Shown here: one piece after another, positions 47,193 through 56,495 of the stretch
Numbering within the stretch: position 1 is the stretch's first letter
Layout: every line of letters starts with the position of its first letter
Assembly: GCA_963807365.1 (NCBI GenBank)
Contig: CAWEBR010000005.1
Location: 10,087 to 74,086 of the forward strand
DNA length: 64,000 bases
Reading direction: 5' to 3'
Source of the DNA: Pyrinomonadaceae bacterium
Lineage (GTDB): Bacteria > Acidobacteriota > Blastocatellia > Pyrinomonadales > Pyrinomonadaceae
Notes under the pieces: generated by a model
What the model was told of the DNA's origin: nothing
Databases searched by the model: none
Seen by the model: only the letters and a program-made list of their open reading frames with translations
Translations under genes and position numbers: made by a program

Positions 47193-47425
47193 TTGAAGAT
47201 TGGTTGCTACTGACTTGTTCGCTGGCAACCATACAGAGCGTAGCCCGGGAGGGGCCTTCAGATTGCGCGGTTGTCGGGGCCACGCACTCATCGGTCCTCG
47301 CGGGCTACGTTCTTGTAAACCCTCTCCATCTACTCACCCTGCCTTCCACTCGCGAAAAAGAACATGCCCGCTATGTTACTATCCAGCCGAATTCCATCTT
47401 CGTTCCTCTTAGGATCAACTCCAGA

Positions 47426-48498
47426 GTGCGCTCCGTTTTCAAGTACAAAGCTCTTGCCACGTTGCGGCGCTTCGCGATTTTTCTGCTCGTCGTCTGGACT
47501 GTAGTTTCCCTGGTCACCTTACTCATCGAATTGGTTCCCGGCGATCCGGCCGTTTCAGTACTTGGTGAGCAGGCGACGCCGGAACAGTTTGAGCAGTTTC
47601 GTCAAAAGCACGGACTCGATCGCCCGCCGTTCTTCTTCTCGTTCCCGCGCGACGCGCAGGACAATCGACACTTTCAGTGGCACGGAACGGATAATCGCTA
47701 CACGGACTATTGGGTGGCTCTGCTTCAGGGCGATATGGGCAAATCCTTTCGGACGGATTGTCCGGTGGGCAAAGCAATCTTTCAAAACTGTTCCACTCCG
47801 GAAAATGCGCCACTAGCACAGAAACTCGAGGCGTTCGTCAACTCCGGTTTGGCTCAACAGTTCAACTTGCCGTTTCGTCACTAGTAATCGCCGTCCTGAT
47901 CGCGATTCCGCTCGGAGTGTTTGCCGGAAAGAACCGCGGCACCTGGATGGACAATGTCGCTTCGGCGGTAGCGTTGGTCGGCATTAGCCTGCCCAGCTTT
48001 GTTATCGGTCCTCTGCTGGTCTATCTTGTTTGCGGTAAAGCTGAATCTTGCTGCCGCCGTCAGGGGGCTTCGACATCACTTATCTGATCTTGCCGGCGGT
48101 AACTCTCGGCGCAGCCTGTCGGCCATCTCGACGCGCATGGTGCGGTCATCGGTTATTGAAGAGCTGGGCGAAGATTACGTGCGCACCGCGCGCGCCAAAG
48201 GGTCTTAAGCGAAACTAAAGTCGTCTATAAACATGTACTAAAAAACGGCCTGATCCCGGTGGTCACAATCCTGGGACTACAACTCGGCGTGCTGCTCGCG
48301 GGTGCGATCATCACTGAAAAAATTTTCGGCTGGCCCGGCCTGGGACTGCTGTTGGTGGACGACGGCATCGGCAAACGCGATTATCGCGTGGTTCAGGGGT
48401 GTGTGCTGGTGATTAGCATCACTTACATCGTGGCGAACATGCTTACCGACATGGTCTACGATGGCTGGATCCGCGGATTCGAATTCAGTGACAGATAA
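47426..48498 (+). pseudogene. ABC peptide/nickel-type transporter permease (DppB/OppB-like), multiple frame breaks
   Basis: Pieces LRRFAIFLLVVWTVVSLVTLLIELVPGDPA..., STVQLAVSSLVIAVLIAIPLGVFAGKNRGTWMDN...ISLPSFVIGPLL, and ...ILGLQLGVLLAGAIITEKIFGWPGLGLLLVD...DYRVVQGCVLVISITYIVANMLTDMVY lie in different frames. Confidence 0.8.
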
Positions 48499-48707
48499 CA
48501 GGTGGCCAAACCTAAAGGCTCGGAGCTCACCGGATTTGATTGCCTGCCAGAGACATTGAAGACAGCTTTGATCTACTTCCGGAATAGAGAAAGATGCTGA
48601 ATGGTTTGCACTGAATGCTACAGCGGCAGTGAAATAAGACGGCTCGAGCATGCGCGTGAAGGTCCTGGCCGCATCGCTCCTCCACTCACTTGTCACTTGT
48701 CACTAAT

Positions 48708-49524
48708 ATGAATCGTCTCACTTACATCGGCCTCGTGATCGTCGCGATCCTCGTGATCGTCGCCGTCTTCGCACCTTGGATCGCCACGCACGACGTTGGG
48801 CGCTACGGATATCTCTCTTCGTTACCTGCCACCTTCAGCGCAACACTTCTTCGGTACAGACTCGACCGGGCGCGATATTTTCTCGCGCGTCGTATTTGGC
48901 TCCCGTATTTCGCTGCAGGTTGGCCTGATCGTGGTGACCGTTTCCACCGTGATCGGAACGCTCCTCGGAGCGCTCGCAGGTTACTACGGCGGCTGGATTG
49001 ACCGCTTTATTTCAGGATACGTCTTTAACGTTTTCATGGCCTTCCCGGGACTGCTGTTGGCAATCGCGATGGTCGCGTTTCTCGGCGCCGGATTAAACAA
49101 ACTCATCTTCGCGCTTTGCATCATTGGCTGGGTCGGCTACGCGCGTCTGATTCGGGGCCAGGTGTTGAAGGTCCGAGAGTATGATTTCGTCCAGGCGGCT
49201 CGCGCGCTCGGCGCCGGCGACGCGCGCATCCTGCTGATTCACATCCTGCCAAATGCGATCCAGCCGCTGATTGTGCAGGCGAGCCTCGGCATGGCGGGCG
49301 CAGTTCTTTCGGAAGCGGCCCTTTCATTCCTCGGGCTCGGCGTGCCTCCCCCGGCGCCGTCGTGGGGAGTGCTAATCGAAGAGGCTCGCGATTTGTCTAC
49401 GCTCCAGGCGGCGCCCCACGCATTGATATTTCCGGGTTTGGCGATCGCTCTTACCGTGATGGCCTTCAACTTTATCGGGGATGGCTTGCGCGAGTATCTC
49501 GATCCACGCCAACGCTCGAGATAA
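48708..49524 (+). pseudogene. ABC transporter permease (DppC/OppC-like), one frame break near 48800
   Basis: [29 protein letters not shown] (one frame), then [27 protein letters not shown]...[19 protein letters not shown]... (242-aa ORF 48796-49524). Confidence 0.85.
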
Positions 49525-49540
49525 TCCAGCCAGAGTTCAC

Positions 49541-50299
49541 ATGCGCAGAATTATCAAGATCATAGTTGTTGGTAGGTCTTCGGCCTTTTGATTGGCGTCA
49601 TCGGATATGAAGCCATCATGTGGATCAACATCTCGCATTTGCAGACCGGCAACCCGGTGACGACATCGCTGATTGAAACGCGGATGAAAGAAGCGCGGGC
49701 GAGAGGCGAAGATCCGAAGCGATTTCAGGTCTGGGTTCCTCTAGCGAAGATTTCTCCCAACTTGCAGCGGGCAGTGCTGGCTGGTGAGGACTGCAAACTT
49801 CGCTACGCACAACGGCTTCGACTACCAGGCGATTCAAAAAGCCTACGACGAGGCCATGCGCAATGCAGCGCAGGAAGCGAAGAAGGAAGGCGAAAACGAC
49901 GACTGGCTGCCGACGATTCCCGAGTTCAAACGTGGCGCCTCAACTGATTTCACAACAGCTCGCCAAGAATCTTTACCTGTCCTCGCGTCGTTCGTTTTTT
50001 CGTAAGGGCAGGAAGCAATTTCCTGACCATTGCTCTCGAGCGCCAGCTTTCCAAGCGCACGGATTTTCGAAATCTATCTTAACGTCATTGAATGGGGCGA
50101 CGGTGTTTACGGCGCGGAGGCAGCATCACAGTATTACTTCCACAAGCCGGCGAGCGCGCTGACAGCCAACCAGGCCGCGTTTCTTTCGGCGATGATTCCT
50201 AACCCGCGCACCGTTTTCAATCCTCGGGTTAACCCTCGCCGCGTTGCCCGCCGGCAGAGGATAATCCAGCGCGGCATGCCTCATGTGCGATTACCCTGA
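49541..50299 (+). pseudogene. mtgA: monofunctional biosynthetic peptidoglycan transglycosylase (GT51), about four frame breaks
   Basis: MRRIIKIIVVG / VFGLLIGVIGYEAIMW...ISPNLQRAVLAGED / ANFATHNGFDYQAIQKA... / GASTISQQLAKNLYLS / [24 protein letters not shown]...LSAMIPNPR. Confidence 0.85.
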
Positions 50300-50368
50300 G
50301 AAACATCGGAATATCCAGCGCGACCCTGCCGCTTCAAAGCACGTATTCCTCGTGGACAGCAACAAAAA

Positions 50369-50391
50369 GGCCGCCTCCCGAAGAAGCGGCC
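50369..50391. terminator. short hairpin between convergent mtgA and Roadblock genes
   Basis: AAAAAGGCCGC-CTCCCGAAGAA-GCGGCCACTTTCG. 6-bp GC stem only. Confidence 0.35.
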
Positions 50392-50416
50392 ACTTTCGTT
50401 CAGGTTGCGAACGTAG

Positions 50417-50782
50417 CTAGAGAGCAAACTCACTGGCTATCTGAAGTTCAGCTTTGCGCAGTTCAAAGCGAGCGCGTCCCAGATTACCTTCGGGACTGAT
50501 CGCCAGCACCACGAAATAATCCTGTCCAAGCAGTCGGATCAACACGATCGCATCGTCGAGCGAGACCACTAACTCGCGAAGGCCGCCAAGGCCGGTGTCT
50601 TTGCCGGCACGCTGTGCATTGCGCACCAGGGAAGTGAACTCAGCAGCTGCGACATCGAGGTTTGCGTCCTGACCCTCTTCCTTCAGTGACCGCTCTACCG
50701 CGATGCCGTCGAGACCCATAATGAGCGCACCGAGGCTGCCCTCGGTGTGCTCAATTATTGTTTCCAGGACTTCCTTAAACAT
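50417..50782 (-). CDS. Roadblock/LC7 (MglB-like) domain protein
   Basis: 121 aa. GSLGALIMGLDGIAVE...LRELVVSLDDAIVLIRLLGQDYFVVLAISPEGNLGRARFELR is typical of Roadblock/LC7. Confidence 0.8.
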   Translation of the reverse strand: MFKEVLETIIEHTEGSLGALIMGLDGIAVERSLKEEGQDANLDVAAAEFTSLVRNAQRAGKDTGLGGLRELVVSLDDAIVLIRLLGQDYFVVLAISPEGNLGRARFELRKAELQIASEFAL

Positions 50783-50794
50783 GACAGTCCTCCC

Positions 50795-52700
50795 TTACGG
50801 GCGCTGACCGCCAAGTGATCCGGGACGGGCCGAAGGAGTGGCCGCGCCTGGAACGTTAGGAGTTGGCGCATTCAATCCCTGCGGATTGTTCTGCGGAGCG
50901 GGCTGTTGCTGCTGCTGTTGCAACTGCGTCGGAGTCGGCGTGTTGCTTTGCGGATTACCCATCGGCACCGGCTGCGAGATTTGAATCGTTCGCGGACCGT
51001 TGCTGACTGTGCCGGTAATCGGCTTGCCCATGATAGTCAGGCCGATAGATGTGCGGCGTGATGAAGAAGAGAATTTCGCTGCTTTGCTTCGTCATCAGTT
51101 TGCGCTTGAAAAGGTTGCCAACCACCGGAATCGAGGCGAGACCAGGCGTGCGCTGGCGGGTCGTACCTTCGGTATCCGCCAGCACGCCACCCATCACGGT
51201 CGTGCCGCCATCTGGAACCAGCACTTCAGTCTGCATGCGCTGAGTGTCGATGCCAGGGACGCCGCCGACGGCAATGCCGGTGTTGATGGTGTTGTTTTCA
51301 ATCGTCACGCGCAGGATAACGGTTCCAACGTCGGTGATTTGCGGAGTGATCGAGAGACGTAATGGAACGGAAACGAACGTCGTCGTTACGACCGCGGTAC
51401 CGCTGGCGGCCTGCGTAGTCTGCACCGGAATCTGTGAACCACTCTCGATCTGAGCTGGACGATTGTTCAATGCTGTGACGCGAGGCGTGGCAATGGTCTT
51501 GGCTTCGCCTCGGGTTTCCGCAGCGGTGATGGCGGCACTGATTTGCGCAGTGCCAAAGAGTCCCGTGGTTAAACCAATCACGGTGCTCGGCGGCTGCCGC
51601 TCCAAGTGATCCAAGAGGCTGAGCGGTTCCGTCCAAGCCGCCGAAAACACCAAACGGATTAGGACCACTGCGGACCGAATTGCCCGAGCCGCACCTGTCC
51701 CGCCGTTCCGCCAGTTCCACTAGTGGAAGGCAGTGATGAAATATTAGCCAAACCACCACGACCAAGATTGAGTACGCCGGCAGAAAGCTGGGCGCCGAGG
51801 TCGCGGCTGAAGTTTCGCTGGGCAATTACGATTCGCGTTTCGATTTCGACCTGCGGCTCCGGCTGATCCAGAATCGCGGTGAGCTGACGAATCGCTTCGA
51901 TGTTTTCCTTTACGTCGGTGACGATGAGGGTGTTGCTGCGTCCGTCAACTTCGATCGAGCCACGACGTGACAAGCCGGCGCGAGATGATCGGGAGCAGAC
52001 CCTGGTCGCCGCTGCCGCCGGTTGCATCGCCACCAGCGCCACCACTGAAGCTGAGATTCGTGGCACCACCGGAGAACGCACCGGTTGAGCCGGCAGCCTG
52101 CGCCAGAGTTCCGGAAGCTCGCGCGTAGTTTAACCGAATAAACTCGGTAACCAGGGGCGAGGCGTCGAGGCGCGATTCGTTAATGACCCTTTGTGTCGCC
52201 GATTCCTTGGAGAGCACTTCGGTAGTCGCCACCCGCAGGATGTTGCCGTCAGATTCGATCCCCAGGCGATTCGCTTTCAAAACGGCATCCAGCGCGACAT
52301 TCCACGGCACCTCCTGGACGTTAACCGTCACCGGAACCGCAGCTACTGAAGAGTCGATGACAAAGTTCACGCTGTACTGTTCGGTAATGTAGTTAAGAAT
52401 GTCCCGAATGTCAGCGTTGACGACGTTTAAGTTAATCGGCTCGCCTACAAAACCAGGGTTGCCATATTGACGACCTTGCTGCGACTGCGAGACGGTGCCG
52501 CTGGGCGTCGAAATTGGCGCAGTCGCGGGTGTCTGTTGCGCAACCGGCTCGTCAACTCTGACCACGGCCGCAGGGGCATCCACCGTGGCGCTGTCATTAA
52601 CATTCGCGGTTGCAGCCAGGGCGCTGGCGCTGCAAAGCATGAGTACCAGGACGAGCGTAGTCCTCTTCATGGCATCGGTGATAAGAGACTGGTAAACCAT
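50795..52700 (-). pseudogene. pilQ: type IV pilus secretin PilQ, at least three frame breaks; Gln/Pro-rich C-terminal tail
   Basis: Signal peptide (MKRTTLVLVLMLCSASALA from ATG 52670). N0/N1-like (INLNVVNADIRDILNYITEQYSVNFVI, VPWNVALDAVLKANRLG). RGSIEVDGRSNTLIVTD in a second frame. Secretin core (AETRGEAKTIATPRVTALNNRPAQIESG...IPVVGNLFKRK...EILFFITPHI) in a third. Tail ...QLQQQQQQPAPQNNPQG... in a fourth. Confidence 0.85.
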
Positions 52701-52897
52701 CGTTTCCCTCCTTAAGGGAATTGTTGGACTCGACCGCCACGCGCATACGCTCTTGGTGTTAACAGAAGCGCGCGCCGCACACGCGGCTAATCCGGGGGTT
52801 AATTGTCAACGGCGCACCTGGACTTCTTAATCAGGCTAAAGTGTCAGTTACGCATGGAGGAATTTCGAACCCTTACTTCAGCTCGAAATCAGAGAAA

Positions 52898-53536
52898 CTA
52901 TTCAGGCTTGGGGGCAGCTTTGTCTTCCGGCTTCTTTTCCGGACCCTCGGCTGCCGTGTTGGCGGGCGCCACTTTCGCCGCCGCAAAGGTGTCGACGGTG
53001 CTGGCCTGGCGCAGAGCTTTGAGTTCAACCGAACGCTCGCGCTTGCCATTGGAGAAAACGGTTTCGCGACGGAACACGAGGCGATTATCTTCGATGGCTA
53101 CAAGCTGGCCATCGTAGAATCGCTCGCCGGGATAAATCACATACGCCAACTTAATCGGCGTTGCTTCTACGATGGCGGCGTATCCACGCGGCGAGCGTGA
53201 AATTCCTACCACCTGAAGTTCGCTTAAGAGAAACGCAGTCGTCGGTTTCGGCGCCGCAATCCGAGCCATCATGGCCTGCTGCTTTTGCGCTTTGTACTGC
53301 TCAATTCGCTCCTGGACCGAGGGAGGGGCAACCACCGAGGTCTTTCTGACCACCGGAACGCGAATCTCAAATCGTTTGAACGGATCGCGACCACCGGAAG
53401 TTGTGCGGGTGGGCGCGGGCTTCGTCTCTGTTTTTTCCTGAGCACTGGCGGTGAGCGCGGCGCCACTGACCGTTAGGCCGGAAGCCACCAGCAACACTGC
53501 AAATCCGCGTCGTAAGTTTTTGGTTTTATGGTTCAT
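52898..53536 (-). CDS. pilP: type IV pilus assembly protein PilP-like
   Basis: Signal peptide, RDPFKRF motif, C-terminal beta domain. Position between pilO and pilQ. Confidence 0.7.
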   Translation of the reverse strand: MNHKTKNLRRGFAVLLVASGLTVSGAALTASAQEKTETKPAPTRTTSGGRDPFKRFEIRVPVVRKTSVVAPPSVQERIEQYKAQKQQAMMARIAAPKPTTAFLLSELQVVGISRSPRGYAAIVEATPIKLAYVIYPGERFYDGQLVAIEDNRLVFRRETVFSNGKRERSVELKALRQASTVDTFAAAKVAPANTAAEGPEKKPEDKAAPKPE

Positions 53537-53577
53537 GATTATTAGTTCCTGAAGCGCAGTGAAATATTCGTGGTCGG

Positions 53578-54234
53578 CTACTGGGCAGCTTTCGGCGCCG
53601 TGGCCGCGGGTGCGTTACCGCCGGTTGGGGTTGCCGCCGGCTTTTGAAGTTTCTCGGCAGATACGTAGTAGGCCGTTAGATCAAACGTCGCCTCGACCGT
53701 GCCGCGTGACGTTTGCTTTTCAGCCTGAGAAACCTTGAAGTTGGTTACTGAGACGATGCGCTGGTAGCGAGCCAGCTGGTCAAAGAAGGAACGTAGCGAA
53801 GCAAAAGTGCTGGTAACACTAACTTCAATCTTCTTGCCGCTGTAGTTCCCCTCGGTGACGTCTTCCTTCGGAAGAAACTTCGCCAGCACCAAACCGTTGC
53901 TACGCGCCCGATCCTGGACACCCTGCAAAACCATCGTCAGCTCGCGCTGTTCGGGAAGCAAAGCTTTTAACTCTTCGTATTCTTCTTCCCGTGTTTTGTA
54001 GAGAGCTCGAAACTCATTCAGCCTCTGCGAAGCAATTTGGGCTTGCGCGTTTTTCGGCAGCAGCTGCGCAATCTCGTCGTTGAGTGCTTTGGTTTCCGCG
54101 CGGGTTGGCTTGGTTACGAAATACCAGAATCCCGCATACATCACTGCGGCCACTGCGACAAACAACGTCAGGCGCAGGTACCAGGGCATCGCTTGAACAT
54201 TACCAATTTTCATCTGTTTAGTTCCTTCCCCCAA
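53578..54234 (-). CDS. pilO: type IV pilus assembly protein PilO
   Basis: One TM (LRLTLFVAVAAVMYAGFWYFV), a coiled coil, then a ferredoxin-like C-terminal domain. Gene order. Confidence 0.75.
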   Translation of the reverse strand: MGEGTKQMKIGNVQAMPWYLRLTLFVAVAAVMYAGFWYFVTKPTRAETKALNDEIAQLLPKNAQAQIASQRLNEFRALYKTREEEYEELKALLPEQRELTMVLQGVQDRARSNGLVLAKFLPKEDVTEGNYSGKKIEVSVTSTFASLRSFFDQLARYQRIVSVTNFKVSQAEKQTSRGTVEATFDLTAYYVSAEKLQKPAATPTGGNAPAATAPKAAQ

Positions 54235-54262
54235 TTAAATGGCGGGTCATTGAGTGGCGGGC

Positions 54263-54934
54263 TTACTGTTTCTTCGCTACCTGAGCGGGCGTGGCCGGCG
54301 AGGCCGGCTGGACTGTAGGTTTCGCGTAGGCACATTTAACCGTGAAGGCAATCACCTCAACCTTCGGGGTCGTGACGTCAGCCGGCACGTCCTTGGCGGC
54401 TACCATGCCCAGCGTTTCGCGAGCAGTTTCAATGTTCAAGTTGGAGAATAGTCCTGAGGAGAACTCAAGACTCTGGCCGAATCGCGTAACCGAATACTCG
54501 TTTGGCGAGATGCCCTTGATAGTTAACTCGCCGTCTTTCTGTTCCAGGCTCATGAAGTAGAGACCGGGAACGCTATCGAAGCGCGCTTTAATATCCCGGA
54601 GCACCGCACTCGGTCCCTGCTGCGACTGACGCAGGTTCTTGATTGCGTCAATTCGCCCCTGGACGTCCTGCGCTTTCTTTTCAAGTTCCGCCTGTTCCTT
54701 GTTCACGGCTTGCATCTGCAGATTGATGCGGCGCTGGTTTTCAACTTCGCGCTGCGCGGTTTCGCGATTTGATTTCGCGTTCACAAAATCGTAGCCCGCG
54801 CCAAGAATCAACAGGCTGAGCACGGTGAGCGCCAGCAGGAGCGTCTGCGTCCTGGGGCTGGCCACCTTGGATTCAACTAAGGCTACTCCGGTGGGCCGAT
54901 CCGTTATGGATTCAAGTAGGTTTATCTTGATCAT
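54263..54934 (-). CDS. pilN: type IV pilus assembly protein PilN
   Basis: Starts MIKINLL (PilN INLL motif), one TM, a coiled coil. 4-nt overlap with pilM. Confidence 0.8.
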   Translation of the reverse strand: MIKINLLESITDRPTGVALVESKVASPRTQTLLLALTVLSLLILGAGYDFVNAKSNRETAQREVENQRRINLQMQAVNKEQAELEKKAQDVQGRIDAIKNLRQSQQGPSAVLRDIKARFDSVPGLYFMSLEQKDGELTIKGISPNEYSVTRFGQSLEFSSGLFSNLNIETARETLGMVAAKDVPADVTTPKVEVIAFTVKCAYAKPTVQPASPATPAQVAKKQ

Positions 54935-55995
54935 GCCGCTTCCACTCCTCTCAAGGCGAGACCGACGGCAATGGCCATGTCGGGAACGATCTCTTTCATG
55001 TAATCTGGGTCAAACTTTCTGCCGTCCACCTGAATTTGGCGGAATGGATCAAATAGCTCGACCGGAATTTCAAACCGCTTGGCGAGATACTCGGTCAGGC
55101 CCGGCAGTTTCGAACCACCGCCTGAAATCAGTATCTTCTGAATGGCTTCTTCACTCTCTTCCGCGGTGGCCCGGTAGAAGTCCATCGTCTTTCTTATTTC
55201 CAAAGCAAGGATGTCGGAGACAGTCTCGATGATTGGCTGGATGGGACGGGGCTCAATACCTTCAGGCAGGGGGAAGCCACGCTTGACTGATTCAGCCTGT
55301 TCAAACGACAGGCCAAGCTCTTTTTGCAGCAGGCTGGTGTATTGACTACCACCTACTGAAGCGTCACGAGCAAATACCGAGCGGACTCCATTGAGGATGT
55401 TGATGTTCATCGTGGAGGCGCCGATGTTCAGCAAAGCTACGACCTCACCAGGGTTGGGCTGGTAGTTAAGCTCATAGCAGTTCTGCAAAGCGAAAGCATC
55501 GACGTCGATAACTACCGGCTGCTTACCCGCGAGTTGAATTGCTTGCTTGACGTTCGCAATCTTGTCGCTCTTGCACGCGGCCATCAACACGTTCAGAGTG
55601 TCGGCTGTACTGCTGGTGACGTGATAGTCAAGGTTAACATCCGAAATATCGAAGGGAATGTGCTCCTCAGCATGCCAGCTGAACGACTCCTGAAGTTCAT
55701 CCTCGCTCATTTGCGGCAGGACGATGTTTTTGACGATGACGGAATGACCGCTGACTCCAGCGGCGACCTTGGCAGTCTTAATCTGGTGTTCGTTAAAGAT
55801 GCTGGTGATTACGTTGGAGACGTTGTTGAGCTCCATAATCTGGCCGTCAACGATCGTGTCTGACTGAAGATTCTCGAAGCCCAGGTTCACCAGATGTAAA
55901 CCGCTTCCCTTCTTCATCAGTTCGACAGCTTTAACCGAACTCGAACCGATGTCCAAGCCAACCAGATTTTTCTTACCCATGCTTTTTTTGAACAT
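54931..55995 (-). CDS. pilM: type IV pilus assembly ATPase-fold protein PilM
   Basis: 354 aa, actin-like fold (LVGLDIGSSSVKAVEL, NIGASTMNINIL, ILISGGGSKLPGL). Confidence 0.9.
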   Translation of the reverse strand: MFKKSMGKKNLVGLDIGSSSVKAVELMKKGSGLHLVNLGFENLQSDTIVDGQIMELNNVSNVITSIFNEHQIKTAKVAAGVSGHSVIVKNIVLPQMSEDELQESFSWHAEEHIPFDISDVNLDYHVTSSTADTLNVLMAACKSDKIANVKQAIQLAGKQPVVIDVDAFALQNCYELNYQPNPGEVVALLNIGASTMNINILNGVRSVFARDASVGGSQYTSLLQKELGLSFEQAESVKRGFPLPEGIEPRPIQPIIETVSDILALEIRKTMDFYRATAEESEEAIQKILISGGGSKLPGLTEYLAKRFEIPVELFDPFRQIQVDGRKFDPDYMKEIVPDMAIAVGLALRGVEAA

Positions 55996-56495
55996 GATCT
56001 ATTTATTCCTCGCACTGAAGAGAGACCTAATTCTGTGCTGTTGACGCAGGCGGGCACGAGCTTTCATTGCTCTCGTTGACCGGCTTCTGACAAGTCTTGT
56101 GGGCTTCGGGCTCGTATCGTTTTTCAAGGTGTTTCCCGAATGCTGTAGCAGATGCTTTAAGGAGTGGGTGAGCGCAAGCGAAGTCGCAGTCGTAGACCTT
56201 CTAATCTGGGCGACCACTAATTTTCGGTGGAATCAAGCCTTCGCAAAACCAAAGGCGGGAGAAACTCGAGGCAAGGACCTGTCAGCGAGTAACTGCTACC
56301 GCCGACGCACATGCAGACTACCTTAGCGTGCTAAACATTGTCAACTCCTATTTTGCCAATGTTTAACCAGTAGTAGAAAACCAGTTTTGAAGACGCTTCC
56401 CTACCGGCGGAGACGGTTCTGGAAATAGGGCGCAGGAGTTCCAGATAAATAATAGTAAACGTTAGCCTTGCCCCCAACTCAAGCTCAAGGTTAGG

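Noticed and set aside
48499-48707. 200-nt gap between the two ABC permease genes containing a CACTTGT tandem and a 139-aa antisense ORF (48277-48696).
   Set aside because: No recognisable protein or RNA motif. The antisense ORF overlaps the permease 3' end. The gap may itself be an artefact of the indel-rich region.
44969-50299. Programmed ribosomal frameshifting or other recoding as the explanation for the many frame breaks.
   Set aside because: There are too many events per gene (up to about five in 735 nt). I saw no shared slippery heptamer or downstream structure at the junctions. The events occur in unrelated housekeeping genes. Sequence error or decay is far more parsimonious.
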